Below are positions 8,564 to 20,686 of a DNA stretch of 64,000 nt, piece after piece. The translations under genes were made by a program, and so were the position numbers. Location: NCBI GenBank assembly GCA_021372675.1, contig JAJFTZ010000057.1:22633-86632 (forward strand), given 5' to 3'. The stretch comes from Eubacteriales bacterium. Lineage in GTDB: Bacteria > Bacillota > Clostridia > Christensenellales > CAG-138. Below the pieces are notes generated by a model. The model worked only from the letters and a program-made list of their open reading frames with translations. It was not told the DNA's origin and made no database searches. Position 1 is the first letter of the stretch; each line of letters starts with the position of its first letter.

Positions 8564-9187
8564 CTATGCGTACGGCGTCTGCCGCACGGCGTTTTGCCAC
8601 ACCGGCTTTTCCCCAAAAGCCCTCCGTAAAAGCGCGTATAGGAAATACCCGGCAATGCCGCCGACCGCATTCATAATAACATCGTCGATATCCGCGCTGC
8701 GCCCCATGAAATACTGGATCGTTTCTATCGCAAGCGTGGTAGCGAGCACGACGAGCGCCGTATACATCGGTTTTTTAAGCTTATCGAACACCATGGGAAG
8801 CAGCAGCCCATAGGGGACAAACATCACGATGTTCGTAAGTAGCTGCTCGAACATTTTCGCCGCACCCATAGCGTAAACCTCCCGTACCCATATGAAAGGC
8901 CGGAGGTTGAGCGCATAGGAATACGGCCGGAACGTGATGTACGGGTAATACCATAAAATCGTCAAATAGAGAAGCGAACCGCAGCACCCGAGAAAAGCGT
9001 ACACGACAAGATGCCGCACGAAGGGCCGCTTACCGAAGCGCCGCTTTTGCAAGAGGCAGCCCGGAAGATAGATGATAAGGCTGACGAGTGCGATGCCGGG
9101 AAGCACTCTCACCAGATACCCTAAAAACATACGGTCTCCTTTTACGGCTTTTTTGCGGAGCGACAGGTTTCTTATCGATTTTATCAT
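8564..9187 (-). CDS. VanZ family membrane protein
   Basis: FVPYGLLLP...LAIETIQYFMGRSADIDDVIMNAVGG, a VanZ-like core. Start moved to ATG 9187 behind GGAGG; the longer track ORF runs into the MerR gene. Confidence 0.7.
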   Translation of the reverse strand: MIKSIRNLSLRKKAVKGDRMFLGYLVRVLPGIALVSLIIYLPGCLLQKRRFGKRPFVRHLVVYAFLGCCGSLLYLTILWYYPYITFRPYSYALNLRPFIWVREVYAMGAAKMFEQLLTNIVMFVPYGLLLPMVFDKLKKPMYTALVVLATTLAIETIQYFMGRSADIDDVIMNAVGGIAGYFLYALLRRAFGEKPVWQNAVRQTPYA

Positions 9188-9339
9188 ATCGTTTCCGCCT
9201 CCCCTGTAAACGATGTTTGAACATTGCTTCTGAACGCGGCAAAAAGGCCGTCGCAAGGGGAAAGATGAGGCCTTTCTGCCTATCTGCCCCCGGACGGCCC
9301 CGGTCGTTTGGCCCCGCCGGTGCGGAGCGCCCCGCTCCT

Positions 9340-10077
9340 TTATTTCCCCGCCACATACGCCCGTATGGCGTCGCGGATGAATACCGCCGTGCCCTCGCCG
9401 TAGACGTCGAGGTTTTTCGTGAAGCGCTCGTCGCCTACGTACATTTCGCCCAAGCCCGCGAGTATTCCATCCGTGCAGTCGTAAAAGTTCGCGCTTAAAA
9501 ACGCCTTCCATTGCCGCACGAGCGAGAGCGCCTCGCCGGACGCGGGGTCTGTCCCGCGCAGGGCCGCAAAGCCCTTGAAGATAGCCCCCGATTCGCCGCT
9601 TACTTTCGCCCAGTCCTCCTTGGTATACTTGGCGGTGCGCCCGGCGCTTTGCCGGTACGCGTCGGTGCCGCCCCAGCGCGCCTTCGCTTCCGAAGCGTAC
9701 TTTTCGCGCGCCTCATCGATTGTTTTCATATCAAACTCCTTCAAACTCACGGTATCCTCTCCCTTCAGCGCCCTGTCCACAAGCGCGATGATCGCGTCGA
9801 GCCGCTCGCGCTTGAGCGCGAGAAGCCCCCTGTGCCCTAAGAGCGCCTCGGTTTTATTGTAGTTGGGGGCGCCGAGCATTTCGGCGATCCGCGCGAGGGA
9901 GAAGCCGAGCTCGCGGAAAAACAGCACCTCCTGGAGCCTCTCAAGCGCCTTGTCCCCGTAGAGCCGGTAGCCCGCTTCGCTCGCTCCGTCTGGGCGAATC
10001 AGCCCGATCTCGTCGTAATAGTGCAGCGTGCGCACGCTCACGCCGGCGAGTTTCGCCACCTCGTGCACGGTCTTCAT
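9340..10077 (-). CDS. MerR-family transcriptional regulator with TipAS-like C-terminal domain
   Basis: N-terminal HTH VAKLAGVSVRTLHYYDEIGL and a coiled-coil linker. The ~140-aa C-terminal domain resembles the TipAS antibiotic-recognition fold. Confidence 0.75.
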   Translation of the reverse strand: MKTVHEVAKLAGVSVRTLHYYDEIGLIRPDGASEAGYRLYGDKALERLQEVLFFRELGFSLARIAEMLGAPNYNKTEALLGHRGLLALKRERLDAIIALVDRALKGEDTVSLKEFDMKTIDEAREKYASEAKARWGGTDAYRQSAGRTAKYTKEDWAKVSGESGAIFKGFAALRGTDPASGEALSLVRQWKAFLSANFYDCTDGILAGLGEMYVGDERFTKNLDVYGEGTAVFIRDAIRAYVAGK

Positions 10078-10100
10078 GCCGTTCGCCTCCCTTCAAACTT

Positions 10101-10131
10101 AGGATAAACCATAACGCAACGTTAGGGTCAA
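10101..10131 (-). promoter_or_regulatory. MerR-type promoter with 19-bp spacer and operator dyad
   Basis: On the minus strand: TTGACC, a 19-nt spacer, then TATCCT. The spacer contains the dyad TAACGTTGCGTTA. Located 24 nt upstream of the MerR-family gene. Confidence 0.65.
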
Positions 10132-10200
10132 GGGGTTTTTAAAAATAATTTCACAATAGAAAAGGAACGGTAAAACCGTTCCCTATATCTGCCAAAAAGT

Positions 10201-10387
10201 CCTAGGGGGTTCGGGGGCCAAAGCCCCCGAAAGCTCAATTCCGGCTTCGGCGACATGCGCACGTCCGGCGAAGCCGGAGCCCTTCGGGCCAAGGCCTACG
10301 GCCTTGCGTGTCGAAACGGATGAAATCCGGAGGATTTCACTCCTATCACGGTTTTGTGGCCGCGTCCGCAGACGCAACAAAACCGTG
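10201..10387 (-). repeat. Rep-A copy 2 (inverted relative to copy 1)
   Basis: Same core. The long hairpin has the same architecture but different stem sequence (CACGGTTTTGT...ACAAAACCGTG). Confidence 0.8.
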
Positions 10388-10447
10388 TAAAGCCCTTTTC
10401 GCGGAAATGGCCGCAGCCCTTCCCGCGACAGCGCGAAAGCGAAGCGC

Positions 10448-11438
10448 CTATTCCCCCGGCATCGCCACAGGTATGAATTCGAGCGCCGCGGCGACAAGCT
10501 TATCGGGCTTTTCCTCGTGCAAGAGGTGCCCGGCGTTTCGCACCACCGCGAAGCACGCGTTTTTATACGCGGCATGGAAAAACTCGGCCTGCGCCAAGCT
10601 GCGCCATTTGTCCTCGCCGCCCTGTAAGATCAAAATATCCTGCTCCACCTCGCGTAAACGCGCGTTGAGCGCGGTATCGTCGAAATAGTGGAGGGAATAG
10701 CGTACGGCGCGCCTCGCCGCGGCGTCGGATACGGTGCGGTAATATTCCGAAGCGACCTCGCTCGTGAGGCTCGTCAGGTCGAAAAAGCATTGGGAAAGTA
10801 TGCCCTCCACCGTGCGCACGCCGTAGAGCATGCTGGCGATGGGGCCGAGCACCGTGCTGTCGATCATGCGGATGGCGAGCGGCATTTCCGGGGAAATGCC
10901 GCCCGGCGCAAGGAGGATGATCCGCCCCATGCGCTCGGGATTGGTAATGGCAAGCTGCGACACATACGCGCAGCCCATGGAGAAGCCCATGAAATGTGCC
11001 GATTTGATGCCCTTTGCGTCCATAAAGAGCTTGATCGCTTCTGCATGCTCCTCGATGGTATAACCGAAGGTCTCGGGCCTGTCGGAATAGCCGTGGCCGA
11101 GAAGGTCCACCGCGATTACGCGGTAATACTCGCTCAGGCGGTTGAACGCGGCCCGCCACGTATACACGGACTGGCCGATGGTATGCACCAAAATGAGCGG
11201 CTCTCCCGTGCCCGCTTCCACATAGTGCATCCTTACGCTTTCGCCCTCGGGAGCCTCTTCCTTTTCAGGCTGAACCGTTTCGCCCTCGGGCGTTTCCTCC
11301 GGCTGCTCCTTCAACGGCTTTTTGCGCGCGTGGCGTTCGGGCAGCTCCGGCGCGGGCAGGTTGAATTCCACATAATCTCCGACGTGCTCGGAGTTGATGA
11401 ATTTCTTGACTTCAAGGGATAAGCTCACGCATGACCTC
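10448..11438 (-). CDS. Alpha/beta-fold hydrolase
   Basis: Nucleophile elbow GFSMG, upstream LVHTIGQS oxyanion region, C-terminal NAGHLLHEE. GTG 11438 follows GGGAGG by 6 nt. Confidence 0.7.
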
Positions 11439-11583
11439 CCGGTTTCGCGGCGTTGCTCGCACATAGATTGTCCTGTTATTCTACATGTTTTTCGGCGCTT
11501 TTGCAAGCGAACAGTAACAACACAAGCGCTGCTTTACCGTTTTGTCATAATTTGTTTACAGCAAACCGCGGCTGCGGGCTGCG

Positions 11584-12240
11584 TTACCGCTTGCAGGCCT
11601 CCACCAGCCACGAAAACGGAGGGAGGAAATTCATGCGCTCGGGGTGCGTCTGCAAGCCCAAAATGCGCCCGTTCTCGTGCTCGATGGCCTCCACTACGCC
11701 CTCCGGCGACCATGCCGTAGCCCTGAAGCCCCGCCCCAAATCCTTCACGGCCTGATGATGCGTGCTCCATACCGCAGCCGTTTCGCCGAGCAGCTTTCGC
11801 GCAAGCGACCCGGGCGCGGTGCGTATTTCATGCTCGGCTTTGCCGCCGAGCCTGTGTTCCTCTTGAAACCCCGCCTCCGCAATATCGCGATACAGGCTGC
11901 CCTTAAGCGCGACGTTTAGGATCTGGTGCCCGCGGCATATGCCGAGCATGGGGAGGTTATGCTCGAACGCCGCCTCGAAAAGCCTTATCTCAAACGCGTC
12001 GCGCGCTTCGAACACGCCGTCGAGAACGTCCGAATTCTCGTAGCCGCCCAAGCTCCCGTCCACGTCGCCGCCGCCGCTGAAAATCGCGCCGTCGAGCAGG
12101 GAAAACGACGTAAAGCCGTAGGGGAGGAGGATCGCCTCGCCGCCCGCCTCCTTAAGGAGCGCGCAGTAAGCGTCGTAGAGCTTGAAGGTGCGCCCGTCGT
12201 CGGAAAGCGACGGGGTGATGCCGATCAGGGGGTTACTCAT
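11584..12240 (-). CDS. Class-I glutamine amidotransferase, gamma-glutamyl-GABA hydrolase (peptidase C26) family
   Basis: GICRGHQ nucleophile motif and HHQAV...HPE triad region. ATG 12240 overlaps the cca stop (ATGA). Confidence 0.75.
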   Translation of the reverse strand: MSNPLIGITPSLSDDGRTFKLYDAYCALLKEAGGEAILLPYGFTSFSLLDGAIFSGGGDVDGSLGGYENSDVLDGVFEARDAFEIRLFEAAFEHNLPMLGICRGHQILNVALKGSLYRDIAEAGFQEEHRLGGKAEHEIRTAPGSLARKLLGETAAVWSTHHQAVKDLGRGFRATAWSPEGVVEAIEHENGRILGLQTHPERMNFLPPFSWLVEACKR

Positions 12241-13646
12241 ATGTGGTTCATGCCTCCGGCCAATTTTTTCAGAATTTCTTTTTTGTTGTCTTTGGGGTAG
12301 CGCACGCAATGCTCGAACAGGCGTTTTTTTATAGAGCCGACGCGCGGCGACGGCGCAAGCCCGAGCCACGCCATGATATCCTTGCCCGTGCAGTCGAGCG
12401 CGTTCTCGCTCCACGGCACGTTTTCCTTATCCATCCGCTCGAGGATCGTTTTCCATTTTTCGGCGGTCTTGATAGGCCCCGAAAGCACACCCGAGCCGTG
12501 TACATCCGCCTCGCGAAGCCGTATGAGCTTTTGAGCGTTTTCCTTTCCCATGGAAACGAATCTGAGCCTGAGCTTGAACTCCCGCGCGTCGCCGTTGAGA
12601 TCGTACATGTGGTGCTTCACGAGCGCGCACACCTCGTCCGTGACCGCGTTGGGGTAGCGGAGCCTCGTTAAAATTTCCCGGGAAATGCGCTCGCTTCGCG
12701 CCTCGTGCCCATGCATGTTGCCCTGCAGGCGCACGCTTTCGGGCTTGCCCGTATCGTGCAGAAGCCCCGCGAGCCGCAAGCCGAGCGCCGCCGGCGCGCA
12801 CGCGCACGCGTGAAAGCTATGGTCGAGCACGTCGTAGCGGTGGTGCGAGGTTTTTTGCTCCACGCCGCGCATGGAGCTAAGCTCGGGAAGTATTACTTTA
12901 AGCGCGCCGAGCGACTCGAGCGACAGAAGCGCCTTTAAAACGGGGCTCCCATTTGCCGCGGCGTCGTTAAGCGGGTCATACGCCCAGGTTCTATACCGCA
13001 CATCGCATAAAAGTATTTTATCGAGCTCGCCGCGCACGCGCTCGGGGGAAATATCCCTTAAGCCCTCCGCGTTTTCAGTTGCCGCCCGAAAGGTGTTTTC
13101 CTCGACGGAAAACCCCAATTCACCCGCAAAGCGCACCATGCGCAGGATACGAAGCCCGTCGTCGCGGAGGATATCGCCCGGATCGGCGCTCGTGGCGCGT
13201 ATGACGCGGTTCTCTAAATCACGAAGCCCGCCCGCAGGGTCGATCAGCCGATCGGCTGAAATATCGTAGTACAGCGCGTTCACCGTGAAATCGCGGCGGA
13301 ACGCGTCCTCCTCCGGGGTTTTCGAAAACGCCACCGCCTCGGGCCTGTGCGCGCCGCCCACGCCGTAGGTATCGGCCCGGAAGGTGGTGTGCTCGAAGCT
13401 TTCGCCCCCTACATGAAGCTCCAGCGTGCCGTAGGAAATCCCCTTGGGGATTTGGCGGATATTTTCCCGCGCGCAAAGCGCCATGAGGCGCTCCGGCTCC
13501 ATGGCGCTGCAGATATCCGTATCGCTCACGGGGTAGTTGAGAAGCGGGTTTCGCACCATGCCCCCCACCGCGTAGAGCGAAAAGCCCTCCCGTAAAAAGA
13601 GGGCCGCCAGCCGCCGTAAAGCTTCGGAGATGGGGATGGTTTGCAT
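12237..13646 (-). CDS. cca: CCA-adding tRNA nucleotidyltransferase with HD domain
   Basis: GGMVRNPLL..VSDTDI head-domain motif, RADTY, LLHDTGK HD motif. Confidence 0.8.
   Translation of the reverse strand: MQTIPISEALRRLAALFLREGFSLYAVGGMVRNPLLNYPVSDTDICSAMEPERLMALCARENIRQIPKGISYGTLELHVGGESFEHTTFRADTYGVGGAHRPEAVAFSKTPEEDAFRRDFTVNALYYDISADRLIDPAGGLRDLENRVIRATSADPGDILRDDGLRILRMVRFAGELGFSVEENTFRAATENAEGLRDISPERVRGELDKILLCDVRYRTWAYDPLNDAAANGSPVLKALLSLESLGALKVILPELSSMRGVEQKTSHHRYDVLDHSFHACACAPAALGLRLAGLLHDTGKPESVRLQGNMHGHEARSERISREILTRLRYPNAVTDEVCALVKHHMYDLNGDAREFKLRLRFVSMGKENAQKLIRLREADVHGSGVLSGPIKTAEKWKTILERMDKENVPWSENALDCTGKDIMAWLGLAPSPRVGSIKKRLFEHCVRYPKDNKKEILKKLAGGMNHI
12673..12686. other. Perfect Noc-binding-site (NBS) palindrome inside cca
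   Basis: ATTTCCCGGGAAAT equals the B. subtilis NBS consensus at 14/14. Confidence 0.6.
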
Positions 13647-13654
13647 TTTTCCTT

Positions 13655-13690
13655 GTACTTTTCTTGAAAGAAAAGCACCAAAAGAACTTT
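13655..13690 (+). repeat. Rep-C core copy a (palindrome + CAAAAGAAC)
   Basis: GTACTTTTCTT-GA-AAGAAAAGCAC followed by CAAAAGAACTTT. Confidence 0.7.
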
Positions 13691-13738
13691 ATGTTGGAGG
13701 GGAATATTGGGACGGGCGGCCGCAGGCCGCGCCTATGC

Positions 13739-16222
13739 CTATTCTTCTTCCGTGCCCGCCGCCTTTTCCTCGGAGATTTCTTCCTCTTCCTCCTGCGCGC
13801 TCGGTACGAGCGTTACGCCCACCACGCGGGTGCCCTCGTCCACGCGCATGAGCTTTACGCCCTGCGTATTGCGCCCGAAGGTGCTCACGTCGTTCACGTT
13901 CATGCGTATGGCCGTGCCGTCGTCGCGTATGAGCATCATGTCCTCGTCGCCGCCGGTCATCTTCAGGCATACGAGCTCGCCCGTGCGCTCCGTCACCTTT
14001 ACGGTGATCACGCCCTTGCCGTAGCGGTTTTGCAGGGGGTATTCATCCTCGCTCGTGCGCTTGCCCAAGCCGCGCTCCGTTACGCACAGCACGCTCGCGC
14101 CCTTTATGATTTTCTCCACGTCCACTACGGCGTCGCCTTCACCAAGCGCTATGCTCTTCACGCCCGCCGCCGTGCGCCCCATGGGCCGTATGTCGTTTTC
14201 GTGGAAGCGGATGCATTGGCCCTGCCGCGTGCCTACGAGTATTTCGTCGTCGCCCTCCGTGAGGAGCACGCCGATCACCTCGTCGCCCTCGTTGAGGTTC
14301 TGTGCGATCAGGCCGCCCTTGCGGATATTTTCAAACTCGCTCATGGGCGTTTTTTTGATAAGCCCCTCGCGCGTGGCGAGCACGAGGTATTCGGCCTCGA
14401 CCTCCTTGGTGACGCGAAGCACCGTCGTCACCTTTTCGCCGTCGCGAAGCTGGAGAAGGTTCACGATGGGCGTGCCCTTCGCCGTGCGGCCCGCCTCGGG
14501 TATGGTATAGCACTTCACGCGGAAGGCGCGCCCCATATTCGTGAAGAACATGATCTGGTCGTGCGTGTTCGCCACGAAGATATCGCGCACAAAATCCTCC
14601 TCGCGCGTGGTCTGCGCCATGATGCCGCGCCCGCCGCGCCGCTGCGCACGGTAAGAATCCATAGCGATGCGCTTCACGTAGCCGAACTGCGTGAGCGTAA
14701 CGACCATGTCCTCCGGCTGTATCACGTCGTCGAGGTCGATATCGTCGCTCGCGGGCTCTATGCCCGTGCGCCGCCCGTCCGCGAACTTGCGGCGTATCTC
14801 CGTAACCTCGTCGCGCAGGATGCTTAAGAGAAGCGCTTCGTCGGAAAGTATGCGCTCATAGTATGCCACGGTTTTTAAAAGCTCCGCGTATTCCTCCTCG
14901 ATCTTTTCGCGCTCAAGCCCTGTGAGGCGCTGTAAGCGCATGTCGAGGATGGCCTGCGACTGCTTGTCGCTCAGCCCGAAGCGCTCGTTGAGGCGCTCCT
15001 TGGCCACGGGGCCGTTGGGCGAGGTTTTGATAAGCTCCACGACCTCGTCGATATTATCGAGCGCGATGCGAAGCCCCTCTAAAATATGCAGCCGCTCCTT
15101 GGCGCGCTCAAGGTCGTACTGCGTGCGCCGCGTGACCACCTGCTCCTGGAACTTCATGTAGTGGTAGAGCATTTCGCGCAAGGAAAGCACCTTCGGCTCG
15201 CCGTCCACCAGCGCCAGCATGATGATGCCGAACGTATCCTGCATGGAGGTGTGCTTGTAGAGCTGGTTCAAAACGACGCCGCCGTTCACGTCTTTTTTCA
15301 GCTCGATCACGATCCGCATGCCCCTGCGGTCGGTCTCGTCGCGCAAATCGGAAATGCCCTCGATGCGCTTGTCGTGCACGAGCTCCGCGATCTTCTCGAC
15401 GAGCCGCGCCTTGTTTACCTGATAGGGTATTTCCGTTACGATGATGCGGGACTTTCCGTTCGCCATCGGCTCTATTTCCGCGCGCGCGCGCACCACAACG
15501 CGGCCGCGGCCGGTGCGGTACGCCTGACGGATGCCGGCCGTGCCCATGATGAGGCCGCCCGTGGGAAAATCCGGCCCCGGGATGTAGCCCATCAATTCCT
15601 CGATGGTGATATCGGGGTTATCGAGCATGGCAACGTAGGCATCGATCACCTCGCCCATGTTATGCGGGGGGATGTTGGTGGCCATGCCTACCGCGATGCC
15701 GCCGGAGCCGTTCACGAGGAGGTTGGGGTAGCGCGAGGGAAGCACCGTGGGCTGCATGAGCGTTTCGTCGAAATTCGGCATGAAATCGACGGTGTTTTTA
15801 TCGAGGTCGCGGAGCATTTCCGATGCGAGCTTAGAAAGCCTTGCCTCGGTATAACGCATGGCGGCGGCCGGGTCGCCGTCGATGCTGCCGTAGTTGCCCT
15901 GGCCCTCCACGAGCTGGTAGCGGATGCTGAAATCCTGCGCGAGGCGCACCATGGCGTCGTACACGGAGGAATCGCCGTGCGGGTGGTATTTGCCGAGCAC
16001 GTCGCCCACGATGCGGGCGGATTTATGGAAGGGCTTATCGGAGGTGAAGCCCTGCTCATCCATAGAATAAAGAATGCGCCTGTGCACGGGCTTCAAACCG
16101 TCGCGCACGTCGGGAAGCGCGCGGTTGATGATAACGGCCATCGCATAGGAAATGAAAGATTTCTTCATTTCCGTTTCGAGGTCGAGCGGCAGTATTTTTT
16201 CGTTCGCGGTGAATTCGCTCAT
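13739..16222 (-). CDS. gyrA: DNA gyrase subunit A
   Basis: [38 protein letters not shown] (catalytic Tyr region), C-terminal beta-pinwheel repeats and an acidic tail. Confidence 0.97.
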   Translation of the reverse strand: MSEFTANEKILPLDLETEMKKSFISYAMAVIINRALPDVRDGLKPVHRRILYSMDEQGFTSDKPFHKSARIVGDVLGKYHPHGDSSVYDAMVRLAQDFSIRYQLVEGQGNYGSIDGDPAAAMRYTEARLSKLASEMLRDLDKNTVDFMPNFDETLMQPTVLPSRYPNLLVNGSGGIAVGMATNIPPHNMGEVIDAYVAMLDNPDITIEELMGYIPGPDFPTGGLIMGTAGIRQAYRTGRGRVVVRARAEIEPMANGKSRIIVTEIPYQVNKARLVEKIAELVHDKRIEGISDLRDETDRRGMRIVIELKKDVNGGVVLNQLYKHTSMQDTFGIIMLALVDGEPKVLSLREMLYHYMKFQEQVVTRRTQYDLERAKERLHILEGLRIALDNIDEVVELIKTSPNGPVAKERLNERFGLSDKQSQAILDMRLQRLTGLEREKIEEEYAELLKTVAYYERILSDEALLLSILRDEVTEIRRKFADGRRTGIEPASDDIDLDDVIQPEDMVVTLTQFGYVKRIAMDSYRAQRRGGRGIMAQTTREEDFVRDIFVANTHDQIMFFTNMGRAFRVKCYTIPEAGRTAKGTPIVNLLQLRDGEKVTTVLRVTKEVEAEYLVLATREGLIKKTPMSEFENIRKGGLIAQNLNEGDEVIGVLLTEGDDEILVGTRQGQCIRFHENDIRPMGRTAAGVKSIALGEGDAVVDVEKIIKGASVLCVTERGLGKRTSEDEYPLQNRYGKGVITVKVTERTGELVCLKMTGGDEDMMLIRDDGTAIRMNVNDVSTFGRNTQGVKLMRVDEGTRVVGVTLVPSAQEEEEEISEEKAAGTEEE

Positions 16223-16234
16223 GCTATTTTACCT

Positions 16235-18354
<2,120 letters not shown>

Positions 18355-18357
<3 letters not shown>

Positions 18358-18651
18358 AGGGGTTTTATCGTTTAAAGCCGCGCGATCGGCGGAAAACGGG
18401 TCTTCCGCCGCGCGCTTTTGGAGCGTCGTCGAGGCGATGGGGGAGGAATACACGCAAAGCCTCTCGTTTTTGAGGCAGATGAGATACGATTTTTGCGGCT
18501 CGTCGGATACGCTCACCACGCGAGTGCCGCCGATGGCGTCGTCGAGCGCGCGGCGCGTATCCCGTGAGGCAAGCGCCGTTTCGCGCGGGATGACGGCGAT
18601 GATATCGTTTATGTCGAGCACGGTTTCCGCGCCCACATGTAAAGAGCTCAC
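18355..18651 (-). CDS. remB: DUF370 / RemB (YaaB)-like protein
   Basis: Occupies the recF-gyrB spacer position. The N-terminus from GTG 18651 aligns with the family. GTG overlaps the recF TGA (GTGA). Confidence 0.6.
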
Positions 18652-19748
18652 GCGCTTATAAGCCTCCCGTCCTTGCATGTAAATACTTCCATATCGAGTA
18701 TTCCCGCTTTCTCCACACCCGATAGCGAGGTGCACGTTAAAAAGCATTGGCAGCCCTTGGACGCCGTAAGAAGCATTCGCTGGCGGCGCTCGTCGAGCTC
18801 GCTTAAAACGTCGTCGAGCAAAAGGACGGGCGGCTCTCCCTTCACGTCGCGCAAAAGCGCGATCTCGGAGAGCTTCAGGGAAAGCGCGGCGGTGCGCTGC
18901 TGCCCCTGTGAGCCGAACGTGCGAAGGTCCACGTCCTCGAGCTTGATGGCGATATCGTCGCGGTGGGGGCCCACGCCGGTAAAGCCGCGCCTTAAATCCT
19001 CCTGGGCGCTTTGCGACAGGCGCTCGAGCAGCGCCTCCCGCACGCCCGTGGCGGCCTCCGTATCCACATTGGGGTCGTAGCTTACGTTGAGCCGCTCGCG
19101 CCCGCCGGAGATCTGCCGGTGGAGGTCGTAGGCGACGGTGGAGATCTCATCCAAAAAACGGCAGCGCGCCGCGATGATGCTTTCGCCTAAGGTCGCGAGC
19201 TGCTCATCCCACATGGCGAGCATGCCCGGCTTTACGGCCATGGGGCTTTCCTTTAAGAGCGCGTTTCGCTGCTTGAGCGCGACGTTGTACTGCTGGAGCC
19301 TGTAAAAGTACGTGGGGTACATTTGGCTAAGCTCCATATCCATGAAACGCCGCCTGTCGGCGGGGCCGCCCTGCACGATGCAAAGGTCGCCCGGCGAAAA
19401 AAGCACGACGTTGAGCGTGCCCATAAGCTCGCCCAAGCGCTTTACGCTCTGGCCGTTGATGAGAATCTTCTTCGGCTCGTCGGCGCGCAGCTTCACCTCC
19501 ACGGTGTGCGTGCCGAGCGCGTTTGTAAGCGTAACGCCCACATAGCCACCCGGCATGCCGCGGCGTATCAGCTCCGCGTCGCGCGAGGTACGGTGGGAGC
19601 GGCCGAACGCGCATAAAAAAACCGCCTCCAAAGCGTTGGTTTTACCCTGCGCGTTCTCGCCCGCGATCACGTTGAGGCCCGGCGAAGGGTGAAGCTCGAG
19701 CGATTCGTAATTGCGGTAATCGTTGAGTTTGAGGCGTTGTATGAGCAT
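18648..19748 (-). CDS. recF: DNA replication/repair protein RecF
   Basis: MLIQRLKLNDYRNYESL start, Walker A GENAQGKTN, LLLDDVLSELD. Confidence 0.92.
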   Translation of the reverse strand: MLIQRLKLNDYRNYESLELHPSPGLNVIAGENAQGKTNALEAVFLCAFGRSHRTSRDAELIRRGMPGGYVGVTLTNALGTHTVEVKLRADEPKKILINGQSVKRLGELMGTLNVVLFSPGDLCIVQGGPADRRRFMDMELSQMYPTYFYRLQQYNVALKQRNALLKESPMAVKPGMLAMWDEQLATLGESIIAARCRFLDEISTVAYDLHRQISGGRERLNVSYDPNVDTEAATGVREALLERLSQSAQEDLRRGFTGVGPHRDDIAIKLEDVDLRTFGSQGQQRTAALSLKLSEIALLRDVKGEPPVLLLDDVLSELDERRQRMLLTASKGCQCFLTCTSLSGVEKAGILDMEVFTCKDGRLISA

Positions 19749-19749
19749 A

Positions 19750-19800
19750 GGTCGAACCCCTGCGCCGCTATAGCGCATTGCGTCGTCGGTCGCCGTAAAG
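19750..19800. repeat. Rep-B copy 3, truncated/degenerate, abutting the recF start codon
   Basis: GTCGAACCCCTGCGCCGC...GTCGCCGTA is shared with the left arm of copies 1 and 2. The outer terminus is missing. Confidence 0.6.
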
Positions 19801-19866
19801 CCGCTTTCGCGCCTTGCCTTTCCCCGGTTAAAAGGGCGGCTTGGAAGCATCGCTCTTTATGCAAAC

Positions 19867-19895
19867 AGTATACCATTTTTATGCGTAAAATTCAA
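19867..19895 (-). promoter_or_regulatory. Sigma-A-type promoter of recF-remB-gyrB-gyrA operon
   Basis: On the minus strand: TTGAAT, a 17-nt spacer, then TATACT, preceded by TGG. Confidence 0.6.
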
Positions 19896-19990
19896 GTGTT
19901 TATTAATATAAGAAGAAAGACATGGCGGCTTTGCGCGGCGCGGGGGCTTACTCCACCGAAAACGTTCGGCAGGGGATCTCTGCTTTTCCT

Positions 19991-20611
19991 TTACCTGCTT
20001 TTTTCCAAATGCTTTTCGAGCTTATGCTTTACGCGCTGGAGCGCGTTATCCACGGTTTTGGTGTTGCGCGAGAGCGCGGCGGCGATCTCCTGATAAGAAC
20101 GGCCCTCCAAAAACAGGTCGAGTATCTGCTTTTCGAGCGCGGAAAGCGCGCTGTCGAGCGTTTGGAATATGCTCTCGAGCGATTCCTTGCCGATGAAGGT
20201 ATCCTCGGGGTTTTCGCCGCGAAGCTCCGTGAGCACGTCGATGAGCGCCCTGTCCGGCTCCTCCTCGCGGAGCGGGCGGTAGAGCGACACGTACGAGTTG
20301 AGCGGCACATGCTTTTGGCGCGTGGCCGATTTGATGGCCGTGATGATCTGGCGCAGTATGCACATTTCTGCAAACGAGCGAAACGCCGCGCCGTAGTCGG
20401 AATCGTAATCGCGGATGGCCTTGTAAAGGCCGATCATGCCCTCTTGAAGGAGGTCCTCGCGATCCGCGCCGATCAAAAAATACGGGCGCGCCTTGATGCG
20501 GACGATGTTTTTATAGCGCTCGTAGAGCACCTCGTCCGCCTCGCGGTCGCCCGTATGCGAGCGCGCCACAAGCTGCTCGTCCGTTAAATTACGATAGGCT
20601 TCGCTTTCCAT
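19991..20611 (-). CDS. sigH: Sporulation sigma factor SigH
   Basis: EDLLQEGMIGLYKAIRDYD region 2 and a C-terminal region-4 HTH. Conserved mrnC-rlmB-sigH neighbourhood. Confidence 0.75.
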   Translation of the reverse strand: MESEAYRNLTDEQLVARSHTGDREADEVLYERYKNIVRIKARPYFLIGADREDLLQEGMIGLYKAIRDYDSDYGAAFRSFAEMCILRQIITAIKSATRQKHVPLNSYVSLYRPLREEEPDRALIDVLTELRGENPEDTFIGKESLESIFQTLDSALSALEKQILDLFLEGRSYQEIAAALSRNTKTVDNALQRVKHKLEKHLEKSR

Positions 20612-20686
20612 TTCCGTTTTCTTCCCGCCTTTGTAAGAAGGGCGGCGCTGCGCGAATCGCGGCGCCGCCCGTAAAAACGCGTTTCC

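Noticed and set aside
8564-9511. Long N-terminal extensions in track ORFs, for example VanZ 315 aa. Others: gyrB, recF, rlmB, noc, mnmE, rnpA, yidD, gcvT, gcvPB, DUF815, murG, yqeB and the SDR.
   Set aside because: The extensions are Arg/Gly-rich, overlap neighbouring genes and lack RBSs. Internal starts have RBSs and match family N-termini.
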